Origin: a virus
Lineage: Duplodnaviria; Caudoviricetes
Reading direction: 5' to 3' (one strand)
Virus record (IMG/VR): IMGVR_UViG_3300038321_000292
Coordinates: 7,506-71,505 of that record
Length of the DNA stretch: 64,000 nt
Made by a program: the position numbers and the translations under genes. Of the stretch, positions 39,281-47,642 are shown one piece after another. The first letter of the stretch is position 1, and every line of letters starts with the position of its first letter. The notes below the pieces were generated by a model, which was not told the origin of the DNA, did not search any database, and saw only the letters and a list, made by a program, of their open reading frames with translations.

Positions 39281-40906
39281 TTATGGTGTAACATGATAAA
39301 CATTAATATTACACTTACTTAACTTCTTATTCATCAACTTACAATACTTATCAGTATTCTCTATAAGATATTTATGAAATACAGTATTATACGCGTTATT
39401 AGCAGACTTAGGTGAGATTTTACCATCAGCTAATAATCCTCTTAACTTAGCATCATAATCTTGAGCCATTTTACTTTTTTCAAAATCTCTTTTAATTTTA
39501 TTATTAATAAGTTTAGCTTGATGATCTAATTCAACCCAATGGAACATTCCAGCATTATCTTCTGGAGCATGATTAACCATTACAATATAACCATTATCAC
39601 TTGAAGATGTTACCCCATAGATTGTTCTATTATGCCCCATTCCATTTGATATATCTGCAACTGATGGTAGACAACTACTTCCTTTTGGATGGTTATGTAT
39701 ACTCATTGCTAATCCCCCATTTTTAACATAATCATCTACTTCATCCGGAACACTTACTGTACCTTTCTTATGATCAGTATACATGTTAGTAACATTCTTA
39801 TACTTACTATCCCATATTGAAAGGTTTTCATAATGTAAATCTTTAGTTGCATTATGGAAGTCACTCATATTCTTTGCAACTGTTGGAATATCTTTTTCAT
39901 CAACAACCCCACTTAATTTACTTCTTAAGCTTTGCTCTTCAGTTAAAGGATTAATTTTCCCACCCCCTACAATTTGGGATTTAGGATTATTAACAGTACC
40001 CCCAGTCATCACAGGAGGATTACTTACAGGTTTATCAGGTAAATCTTTAAAGTCACGAGCATTCTCATTCTCACTTAAGGTTACTGGAACCCAAGTATGA
40101 CGACAGTTAGGATGAGCAGGTATTAATCCATCAGCATCTTTAATATTATAAGGATTCTGACTAATCAGATTTAAACAGATTTTACATTCTAAACCATCAC
40201 CAATCTCATTAATTTTCACTAAATTAATACCATAATCAGCCCATGATTGCAACTTACCAATATTCACTGCCCGACTAGATTCTGTATGAGCAATCTGAAT
40301 CGCACGTTGATGAACACTTAACCTTTTATCAGGTAAAGGTTTTAAAGGAAGATTCTCAATACTATGAGCAATCTTATCCTGTGATTGTCCCTCAGCTATT
40401 CCACGCCAAATATGTTCACGCATCCCCCCAACAAGATCACTACCTAAATTTTTAACCTTAGTAAATGCATACTGATTAACAAAGAAGAATGCTTGTTCAT
40501 CTGCCGGGGTATAATTAAGTTTACGCATTATCTGTGATAATCCCTGTTTCGCTCCAGCCTCATAAAAGTTTCCCATAAACTCCTCAACACTTTGAGCTTT
40601 ACTATTAGCTATATCATAACATTGGTCTTCCACATCTTTAAAGAAATCTTCCTTTAAATCACGATAATCAAATAATGCTTGTTTAAACTCTTTACTGTTT
40701 AAGTATTCTATTGCAGCATCAACATCTTGACTTATGAGATTATTTAATTCATCAAGGAATCTTTTCTCATCTAAGTTTAATTCTTTCTCAATTACAGGGT
40801 AAGTGTCTGGGAATGCTTTATCAAGTAATTCATAATACACGCTTTCAGGCATGCTTATGATTTTACTTGTTGATGCTAAACTTTTCATTTTCAATAATCT
40901 TCCCAA
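39281..40906 (-). CDS. Head morphogenesis protein (SPP1 gp7/MuF) with C-terminal JAB/MPN-like extension
   Basis: IAHTESSRAVN, C..C, PAHPNCRH MuF motifs; then SIHNHPKGSSCLPSVADI. Confidence 0.85.
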   Translation of the reverse strand: MGRLLKMKSLASTSKIISMPESVYYELLDKAFPDTYPVIEKELNLDEKRFLDELNNLISQDVDAAIEYLNSKEFKQALFDYRDLKEDFFKDVEDQCYDIANSKAQSVEEFMGNFYEAGAKQGLSQIMRKLNYTPADEQAFFFVNQYAFTKVKNLGSDLVGGMREHIWRGIAEGQSQDKIAHSIENLPLKPLPDKRLSVHQRAIQIAHTESSRAVNIGKLQSWADYGINLVKINEIGDGLECKICLNLISQNPYNIKDADGLIPAHPNCRHTWVPVTLSENENARDFKDLPDKPVSNPPVMTGGTVNNPKSQIVGGGKINPLTEEQSLRSKLSGVVDEKDIPTVAKNMSDFHNATKDLHYENLSIWDSKYKNVTNMYTDHKKGTVSVPDEVDDYVKNGGLAMSIHNHPKGSSCLPSVADISNGMGHNRTIYGVTSSSDNGYIVMVNHAPEDNAGMFHWVELDHQAKLINNKIKRDFEKSKMAQDYDAKLRGLLADGKISPKSANNAYNTVFHKYLIENTDKYCKLMNKKLSKCNINVYHVTP

Positions 40907-42249
40907 GTTAAACCATGTTCCATTAATGCTTTATTCACAATATCAAGTTTTAAGTTTGGTGTGGTTAGCATTGTTTTACTGGTTGGTACAATATCATCAG
41001 GTTTATCTATTGGTTCTTGGGTTATTATATCCTCCAAACTTTGCATACTTGTATTATTATTATAATTTAGTGGCACATCACCCCAATCTACTGGGTCCAT
41101 ACTATAACCACTACGCACCTCGTTGATGGTTACACTACCGTTATGTATTTGAGTGTTTTCAATATTAGCACGTTTCTCCTTATCCTCCAAATCCAAGTCT
41201 CCGTATTGGAATATTTCTTTGAATAATGAACGTCCTAATACTTTGTTAAATGCTCCTTCAAAGAGTTTACTTTTACCACTTAAAGTTTTTTTGAATTGAC
41301 GTTCCTGACTATCCCCTGAACCTGAACCAAGATTTGCTGTTTCAATAATTGATACTTTTTGAGGAGGAACACTGTAAGTGGCTAATACTCGGTCACGCAC
41401 ATCTTTCATCAACTCCATGAATTCCATATCACGATTACTTGTTGTTGCTCGTGTATACTTTCCTCCACGAACGATAAGTGTTCCTGTTTTTTGTTGTGTT
41501 TGACTTAATGCTGATAATCGTGCTATTTCCTGATTCCATTTAGTATCATCTAAGTTTGTATCATACTCTAATACTCCACGTGGGTCTAATCCATTATTCT
41601 CAAGTATATCTGAAGTATGTGTACGTCCAAGGATTTCTAGTGCTATGTCTGATGCGAGTATATCAATTTTACTTTCACCCCATACACTGCCTCGTATGTC
41701 TGGGTCTTTGACATGGATTAATTCATCATCTTCGAATTGGTGTGTTCCATTCATGAATTCCCAGCAATCATTCTCTAAATTATATTTCATATACTCTGAG
41801 GGTATGTGTTTTAATCCGATTGGTACATTTGTATATTCTGGATCATGTACTACTTCACAGAAAGCATCACCTAATCCTAGGTAGGATTTCCACATTAACA
41901 TTGTGAAAATCTCGTAACTGTCATTGTTACTTACTCCCATTGGATTGTTGAATAATCCTTCAAGGTAACTGGTGTGTGTGAAGTCTACTTCGTTTTGTTC
42001 TGGATTGTTGATTATGAATCCAAGGTTGATGATTTCATCAAGGTAGGTTTGGATACAAGCGTTTACCCATACATTGTTCATTGCATGGTAATAAGTGTTC
42101 CATCCTACGCCCATGCTTTTACTTCTTCTTTGGAATGTCCAACCATACTGGTTTAGTAATGTGTTGGTGTATGATTCATTTTTAGGTCTGCGGAGGAATG
42201 GTAATTTATTGTTTATTGTATGGTATGCTTTTGTGAATATGTTACTCAT
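40891..42249 (-). CDS. Portal protein
   Basis: LGDAFCEV, LKHIPS, DELIHVK, GESKID, DMEFMEL...VLATYSVPP, TINEVR motifs. Confidence 0.92.
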   Translation of the reverse strand: MSNIFTKAYHTINNKLPFLRRPKNESYTNTLLNQYGWTFQRRSKSMGVGWNTYYHAMNNVWVNACIQTYLDEIINLGFIINNPEQNEVDFTHTSYLEGLFNNPMGVSNNDSYEIFTMLMWKSYLGLGDAFCEVVHDPEYTNVPIGLKHIPSEYMKYNLENDCWEFMNGTHQFEDDELIHVKDPDIRGSVWGESKIDILASDIALEILGRTHTSDILENNGLDPRGVLEYDTNLDDTKWNQEIARLSALSQTQQKTGTLIVRGGKYTRATTSNRDMEFMELMKDVRDRVLATYSVPPQKVSIIETANLGSGSGDSQERQFKKTLSGKSKLFEGAFNKVLGRSLFKEIFQYGDLDLEDKEKRANIENTQIHNGSVTINEVRSGYSMDPVDWGDVPLNYNNNTSMQSLEDIITQEPIDKPDDIVPTSKTMLTTPNLKLDIVNKALMEHGLTWEDY

Positions 42250-42256
42250 AAATTTT

Positions 42257-42868
42257 TTATTCCTCCTTATATGTTTTGTTTGTTATTATGGTTGTATCAT
42301 AATTAGTGGATACTGCGTTGCTTTCATGTGCACATGCTTGCATTGCAATGTTGATTCTGTATTCAGGATCTTCACCAATTGTACTGTATAAGCTTCCTTG
42401 TGCTATTTCATTTGCACAGCCGATGCAATGGTAATCACTATCATATTCTATTGCTGTGTAATCTGAGAAGATTTCATATACGTGTCCTTTGTAGATTAGT
42501 AATAGGTTGAAGTCTAATTCATATTCTTCACTTGGTGGTCTTAGGTTTAATGCTGTGTAGTGTTCTTGGAGTGCTGGTAGTAGGTCTAGGTGTAGGTATG
42601 TTTCGAATGTGTCTGTTTCTATTTTGTCTGGTAGTTTGAAACCGTATTGTAAGTGATTGATTATTCCTATGTCTCCAGCGTAGGCTATGATTAGGTATTC
42701 TGTATGGTCTTTATCGGTTGTGTCTTCGAGGATGTTGGGTGTTATGGTGAATGGTTTTTTAAAATATTTTGGTTGGGGTAATGTTTTTTTTAGGTTTCCC
42801 CCTGTGACTTGTTTATCTGCTGCGAGGTAGATTTCGTTTTTGTTTTTGAGTGTTATTATTATTGTCAC
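42257..42868 (-). CDS. Ntn-hydrolase, HslV/proteasome-beta-like
   Basis: Thr at residue 2 (M-TIII...AADKQVT.G) and C-terminal CIGCANEIAQGSL, similar to AIGSG in HslV/proteasome beta. Confidence 0.75.
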   Translation of the reverse strand: MTIIITLKNKNEIYLAADKQVTGGNLKKTLPQPKYFKKPFTITPNILEDTTDKDHTEYLIIAYAGDIGIINHLQYGFKLPDKIETDTFETYLHLDLLPALQEHYTALNLRPPSEEYELDFNLLLIYKGHVYEIFSDYTAIEYDSDYHCIGCANEIAQGSLYSTIGEDPEYRINIAMQACAHESNAVSTNYDTTIITNKTYKEE

Positions 42869-42890
42869 GGTTTTCTTGTTTCCTTTATTT

Positions 42891-42957
42891 TTTTTTCTGT
42901 GTATTGAAAATGTGTTAGAGTTTATGATTGTTTTTTCTGTGTATTGAAAATGTGTTA
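42891..42957. repeat. Perfect 27 bp direct repeat, two copies 13 bp apart
   Basis: ttttttctgtgtattgaaaatgtgtta at 42891-42917 and 42931-42957. Confidence 0.9.
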
Positions 42958-42976
42958 TGTACCTATTTTTGTGTAG

Positions 42977-43051
42977 AGCTATTAGCAGGATTCGAACCTG
43001 CAGTCTCCAAATTACGAGTTTGGTGCATTATCCAGTTGATGCTATAATAGC
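42977..43051 (-). tRNA. tRNA-Thr(CGU)
   Basis: Cloverleaf GCTATTA/TAATAGC, D stem GCAT/ATGC, anticodon arm CCAAA-CTCGTAA-TTTGG, T arm GCAGG-TTCGAAT-CCTGC, discriminator T; no encoded CCA. Confidence 0.9.
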
Positions 43052-43057
43052 AATTGA

Positions 43058-43420
43058 TTATTTTTCTAATTCTTTTATTAGATTGGTTTTAAAATCTTTG
43101 TATGCTTTATCTAGGAATTGTATGTTACTTATTATAGTGTTCATTGATGCTATGGCCCCTAAGTCTTTTAATTCATTTTTGTTATGGATGAATTGGTGTG
43201 GATCATAGAAATTGTTTTGGCAGAGTATGTATTCTTCGCTGCATCCGTAGAGTTTGCATAGTTTGTCAATGATGCTTACTGTTAATTGTTTTTTTCCTGT
43301 TTCTAATTTTTGTGTTTCTTTGGGTGTTAGTTGTAGGTATTCTGCTAGTTCTGTGTTGGTGATGTTGTATTGGTTTCTTAGTTTTTTTAATCGTTGTGTG
43401 ATGTGTTGATTGTTGTGCAT
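43058..43420 (-). CDS. XRE-family HTH transcriptional regulator
   Basis: RLKKLRNQYNITNTELAEYLQL...LETGK...IIDKLCKLYGCSEEYIL. Confidence 0.85.
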   Translation of the reverse strand: MHNNQHITQRLKKLRNQYNITNTELAEYLQLTPKETQKLETGKKQLTVSIIDKLCKLYGCSEEYILCQNNFYDPHQFIHNKNELKDLGAIASMNTIISNIQFLDKAYKDFKTNLIKELEK

Positions 43421-43566
43421 GTTTCTAATTCTATTTCCCTGTAAACTTTTTGTGCGTGTTTGTATGATTCTTTTTCAGCTTTTGTTGCTGGTCTTTTCAT
43501 CTCATCTTGGAAATGTTTAGCTTTTTTCCCACTTAATGTTGGTGTGGGTCCTATTTTTCTTGCCAT
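43387..43566 (-). CDS. Small basic protein (59 aa, not in ORF track)
   Basis: Hand translation MARKIGPTPTLSGKKAKHFQDEMKRPATKAEKESYKHAQKVYREIELE...; overlaps the HTH start. Confidence 0.55.
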   Translation of the reverse strand: MARKIGPTPTLSGKKAKHFQDEMKRPATKAEKESYKHAQKVYREIELETCTTINTSHND

Positions 43567-43849
43567 AATGTTTTAATTTGTAAAATAATTAATTATAATG
43601 CTTTGTTAATGTTTTTAACGGTTCTTAGAGTTTATTAAGTAATCCTTAATAAATTCAAATTGAGCTTTAAATAAGTTTTAAGAACTTGTATATGCTTTAA
43701 TTTTTCTATTGGACTATTTTCGGGTATTTAACTTTACTATTTTGAGGCAAATCACTTTACTATTTTGTGATAAAAAAAGGGAGTAATAAATTAAATTTAC
43801 CAGATTTCACCCCACTTATCACAATGAATTATTGAACTAAAATATAAAA

Positions 43850-43927
43850 TGGGTAGCTGGGAGCTATCGCCCCCATACCTTTATGCCTGCATGAATGGCC
43901 TAAATTATTAGGGGTACATCACTACCA
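43850..43927 (-). ncRNA. Candidate structured non-coding RNA
   Basis: About 49% GC island (38/78) in an AT-rich intergenic region; helices GGTAG/CTACC, TACC/GGTA, CCTAA/TTAGG, GGGGGC-GATA-GCTCCC. Confidence 0.45.
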
Positions 43928-44089
43928 TATATGATTATCTAACTGAAAATATATAATATTCTTTCAAACTAATTGTCCTAACTTCTAACAATCAGTACTT
44001 AATTACACAAGGATTATCATCATAAACTTTAGATCTAACCTTAAATATGAACCTCATTTATATCTTTGATTTCATCTTTCATCATGATT

Positions 44090-44374
44090 TTACTCAGGAA
44101 ACTCAATTTTAGTAAATTTATCATTAATAAAAATAGCACTACCTTCAGGCACGGTAGCATGAAATCCTTTATTATGAATTAATTCATGAACTGTAGCATT
44201 AATAATTTTATTCCATTTTTTATTATCTTCTTTTAATACTTTAATGTAAGCTTCTTGAACCATTTCATTAAATTCTTCTATAGTATAATGATTTTCATGA
44301 GCTAAGATAAAAGGAGCATCTTCCCAATATTCCCCATCTACTTTATTAAAATTTAAAATATCATACCTATACAT
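44090..44374 (-). CDS. Hypothetical protein
   Basis: 94 aa ORF with GGAGTGA RBS. Confidence 0.65.
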   Translation of the reverse strand: MYRYDILNFNKVDGEYWEDAPFILAHENHYTIEEFNEMVQEAYIKVLKEDNKKWNKIINATVHELIHNKGFHATVPEGSAIFINDKFTKIEFPE

Positions 44375-44381
44375 TCATTAA

Positions 44382-44660
44382 TCACTCCTTTTTAATCCTT
44401 TCAAAATCTTTTTCAACAACATCAAACATTCTCCAAACATTTTCAGGTTCATTAATCTCAGTTACAATTTTCTTTGTATGTTTCTTCTGTGAAAGATATT
44501 CTTGTGCAAAAGATCTGCCCATGAAATCAACACCATGAAAATCTATTGTAAAAATTGTAAAAGTAGAATTGTTAATAAAATCAAATAAGTGTTTAGCTGA
44601 AGAATTCATACCTAAATTAGGATTTATTAATTCACAAATTTTTAAGTAAGTTCCATTCAT
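44382..44660 (-). CDS. STAS-like (DUF4325-type) protein; start re-set to 44660
   Basis: MNGTYLKI...TIDFHGVDFMGRSFAQEY; GTGAT RBS before the ATG at 44660; the longer track ORF overlaps the tRNA-like element. Confidence 0.7.
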   Translation of the reverse strand: MNGTYLKICELINPNLGMNSSAKHLFDFINNSTFTIFTIDFHGVDFMGRSFAQEYLSQKKHTKKIVTEINEPENVWRMFDVVEKDFERIKKE

Positions 44661-44722
44661 ATTAATCACTAATTTTAAAATGTATAGGAAATAGGGAAAA
44701 TTTGAACCAACATTCGTGGGGA

Positions 44723-44829
44723 TGTGAATAGTAGGATTCGAACCTACGGAGGAGTAAAAACAAATTAATGTTGCCCCATCAGAATACAACCATTGTATCT
44801 GACTCATTAGACCACTCTGACATATCCAC
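44723..44829 (-). tRNA. Aberrant class II tRNA-like RNA (14 nt anticodon loop, ~31 nt variable arm)
   Basis: Acceptor GTGGATA/TATTCAC-A, D arm TCAG-AGTGGTCTAA-TGA, T arm GTAGG-TTCGAAT-CCTAC; TCAGA/TCTGA stem closes TACAATGGTTGTAT. Confidence 0.7.
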
Positions 44830-44940
44830 AGTATTAATTGAATAATACATTATTTTCACAAAATATACAAATAAGTATTTGTAAAATGTTTCCAAGAAAA
44901 ACTAAAACAATAAAATTGAAAGTTAGTATTCCACGGAAAA

Positions 44941-46374
44941 CTAAATATCAAGATATAATAAATCAGGCCCACTATCAACCTTACCATCATTAGGATTCAA
45001 AAACAAATAGTTAAAACCATGACTCAAACTATCCACAATATCATCATGCTTACCATTCGGAAAAGATTTTAACTCATCCAACAACGCTTGACGCCCTGAC
45101 CCTTCCGGTAAATCAATATAAACCAAACCATCCTCAACAGCATTCTTAAAAGGAGTAGCACGATCTACTTTACTACCAATAGCTTCAGCCCTTTCAACAT
45201 TAAAACCTTTCAACTGTTGCTCCCATTCATGGAATAATAATTTACCAGCCGCAGCAATACCTGTCTCAATCTCAACACTAACACTAGGAGTATCCATCAC
45301 AGCTACTTGTTTCACTTTTCGGTAATTATCATTACCATACCGTCCATGAACTAGATTATTACAATAAAAGATTTTCTCCCCAACTCGATGATTTAATGTT
45401 CCAGCCGTATAATCTGAATTGTTTTGTAATTCATCACTGGAAGCCATATCCCATGCTCTTACAGATTTTTCTATTTGTAAATCTTCAGGACTTGTCCAAT
45501 GGATTTTACTAATATTAAAAAACGTACTAGTTTCATCTAAAGGTTGTTGTTGATAAATACTACTGAATAATCTTTCACCAATATTCTTACGCTTCTTCAA
45601 TATCTCAGCTTTAGTATATCGTTCACCCCATAAAGGTGTACCATCATTTTTTAATGCAGGATAAGTGACAAAGGTGAAATCATCACTCTGTTTCTCTTTA
45701 TAATACCCTATTAAATCATTACTATTCCATCTTGTGTGAAGTATACAATACTTTGTATGGGGTTCTATTCTTTGTTCAAGTATAGTGTTCGCCCAATCAA
45801 TTTTCTTCTGCAAACCAGATGGTGTTAATTCATCAGGTAAACCTTTGTAAGGGTCATCTACTATTAGAATATCCACGTCTTGTCCAGTGATTGAACCTTC
45901 TGGACTGGTTAATCTTATATTCCCTGAATACAATTCTCCATCATGGTCACAGAACATTAAATAAGTACTAGCAGATTTAATGTCGGATAAGTAACAATTA
46001 AAATAGGATCCATACTGTTTCACATATTCCCGTATACGAATACCGAAAACTTCAGCTAAACCCGGACTTGCAACAATTAATATTTTTTGTTTTGGATTTT
46101 GAAAGATTAACCATAAAGGAAAAGCAATAGTAACCATACTACTCTTTGAATGTCGTGGGGGCATACTTACTGCTAACCTATGCTTACCCACACCTAATTT
46201 CAAGTTAGTTAAATGCTTAGCCAACTCACGAATATGAGGAGCAGGAACATCATCATCATAATCCGAAGCAACAAAGTAACGATAAAACAAGTACAAATCA
46301 TTCAAGAATAAACTAATCTGCTGTTCCTTCAGTTCCCTCCGATGCTTCAACCTGAGTTCCCTTTGAGTCGCCAT
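44941..46374 (-). CDS. terL: Terminase large subunit
   Basis: Walker A SMPPRHSKS, Walker B LIVDDPYK, nuclease AWDMA and HDDIVDS. Confidence 0.95.
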   Translation of the reverse strand: MATQRELRLKHRRELKEQQISLFLNDLYLFYRYFVASDYDDDVPAPHIRELAKHLTNLKLGVGKHRLAVSMPPRHSKSSMVTIAFPLWLIFQNPKQKILIVASPGLAEVFGIRIREYVKQYGSYFNCYLSDIKSASTYLMFCDHDGELYSGNIRLTSPEGSITGQDVDILIVDDPYKGLPDELTPSGLQKKIDWANTILEQRIEPHTKYCILHTRWNSNDLIGYYKEKQSDDFTFVTYPALKNDGTPLWGERYTKAEILKKRKNIGERLFSSIYQQQPLDETSTFFNISKIHWTSPEDLQIEKSVRAWDMASSDELQNNSDYTAGTLNHRVGEKIFYCNNLVHGRYGNDNYRKVKQVAVMDTPSVSVEIETGIAAAGKLLFHEWEQQLKGFNVERAEAIGSKVDRATPFKNAVEDGLVYIDLPEGSGRQALLDELKSFPNGKHDDIVDSLSHGFNYLFLNPNDGKVDSGPDLLYLDI

Positions 46375-46792
46375 TAACCTTATCCTCTTCTTCCTGTTCT
46401 AAAATCTGTTTCATCTTACCCTCATCAAAAAACGAGGACACATCATGCTTCAAACCCAAACCCCCATCTAAAGATAATTTATTATTATTACTAAACTCAT
46501 CAGGATACATATTATTCAAAATATAAGCACTACTATGCCAATCCTTACTAGCATTAATCTTCTTAATATGATACAACTTATTCTGCTTACGAGCCTTCTT
46601 CAAAGCCAAATAAAAATCATAATACTTACCACTCTTAGCCTCACGACCTTTCTTCTCCCAGCGTTGCTGAGACTTAGTACTAATATCTAATAACTGACAA
46701 GCATCCTTAAAAGTTAAACCTTGACTAATATAATCACATAAATCTTCTGTTAGTTCTGGTGTTAATTTTGATTGTCTCATTGTCTTATCCAT
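46313..46792 (-). CDS. terS: Terminase small subunit
   Basis: N-terminal HTH SKLTPELTEDLCDYISQGLTFKDAC; overlaps terL. Confidence 0.8.
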   Translation of the reverse strand: MDKTMRQSKLTPELTEDLCDYISQGLTFKDACQLLDISTKSQQRWEKKGREAKSGKYYDFYLALKKARKQNKLYHIKKINASKDWHSSAYILNNMYPDEFSNNNKLSLDGGLGLKHDVSSFFDEGKMKQILEQEEEDKVNGDSKGTQVEASEGTEGTAD

Positions 46793-46821
46793 TCTCCTTT
46801 TATTTAGTGGGACTTTTAGTA

Positions 46822-47241
46822 TTATTCTTCTGGTTTATCTTTACAGTTTTCTTGTTGTGCTAGTATGATTTCTTCACGTATTTCTTTACGTAATCGTTCA
46901 TCATGTTCGCAAGCTTTTTCTTTTTCACGAAACACTCTTAATTCTTCTACTCGGTCTATCATCCATAATCCTAGTACTACTATGATTAATACGATTACTC
47001 CTATGCTGAAGCTTACGTAATCGAATTGTGCTAATGGTTTTGGGTGTAGGAAGTAATCTGTGATTGCTCCCATTACGAGGTTTATTGCGAATGCTATTAG
47101 TGCTGTTGCACTTAATGTTTTCACATAGTTGAAGTATCTGAAATGTTTTTGTTCACCAGAGTTTACGTATTCATCCCATATTTCCTGGTTTCCGCCTTGT
47201 GGTTTTCCTGTGCTTAGTAGGTCTCTTAGGTTATATTTCAT
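46822..47241 (-). CDS. Two-TM membrane protein
   Basis: Two hydrophobic helices and a charged C-terminal coil. Confidence 0.7.
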   Translation of the reverse strand: MKYNLRDLLSTGKPQGGNQEIWDEYVNSGEQKHFRYFNYVKTLSATALIAFAINLVMGAITDYFLHPKPLAQFDYVSFSIGVIVLIIVVLGLWMIDRVEELRVFREKEKACEHDERLRKEIREEIILAQQENCKDKPEE

Positions 47242-47246
47242 TTAAA

Positions 47247-47519
47247 TTATATTCCATCATCACTCGTTTCAGGTTCTGTTTCTGTGGTTTCGTTTATTGC
47301 TTCTGTGAATACTTTGGTAACGAGGCTGGATGGATATTTCTCGTTTAGGTAGGTTAGTAGGTAGGTGATTATTAGTGCTCCTATTCCTGCGATTAGGGGT
47401 GCGTAGGTTCCTGCGATTTGTGTATCTAATCCAAGGGTTAATGCTATCCACATTACTGCACTGTAGATTCCGGTTGTTAAATTGTTTTTATTTATTTCCA
47501 TTATAATTGTTTCCTCCAT
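47247..47519 (-). CDS. Small two-TM membrane protein, holin candidate
   Basis: 90 aa, two hydrophobic segments, acidic tail. Confidence 0.55.
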   Translation of the reverse strand: MEETIIMEINKNNLTTGIYSAVMWIALTLGLDTQIAGTYAPLIAGIGALIITYLLTYLNEKYPSSLVTKVFTEAINETTETEPETSDDGI

Positions 47520-47642
47520 AAAAAAAAGTATTTTAATTAATTAAATTTGTATGATAATGATTAAAAATATGTTATAATAAAAAGAAAGGTTGATGTATAT
47601 AAAAAAAAGGGAATAAAAAAAAGGGGGAGAGTGTATGTTATT

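Noticed and set aside
43850-43870. Resemblance of TAGCTCCCAGCTAC to the SRP/Alu RNA motif
   Set aside because: Short match only; the rest of an SRP RNA (helices 6 and 8, about 300 nt) is not evident.
44661-44807. N-terminal extension of the 44382-44807 ORF
   Set aside because: It overlaps the tRNA-like element; a better RBS and ATG lie at 44660.
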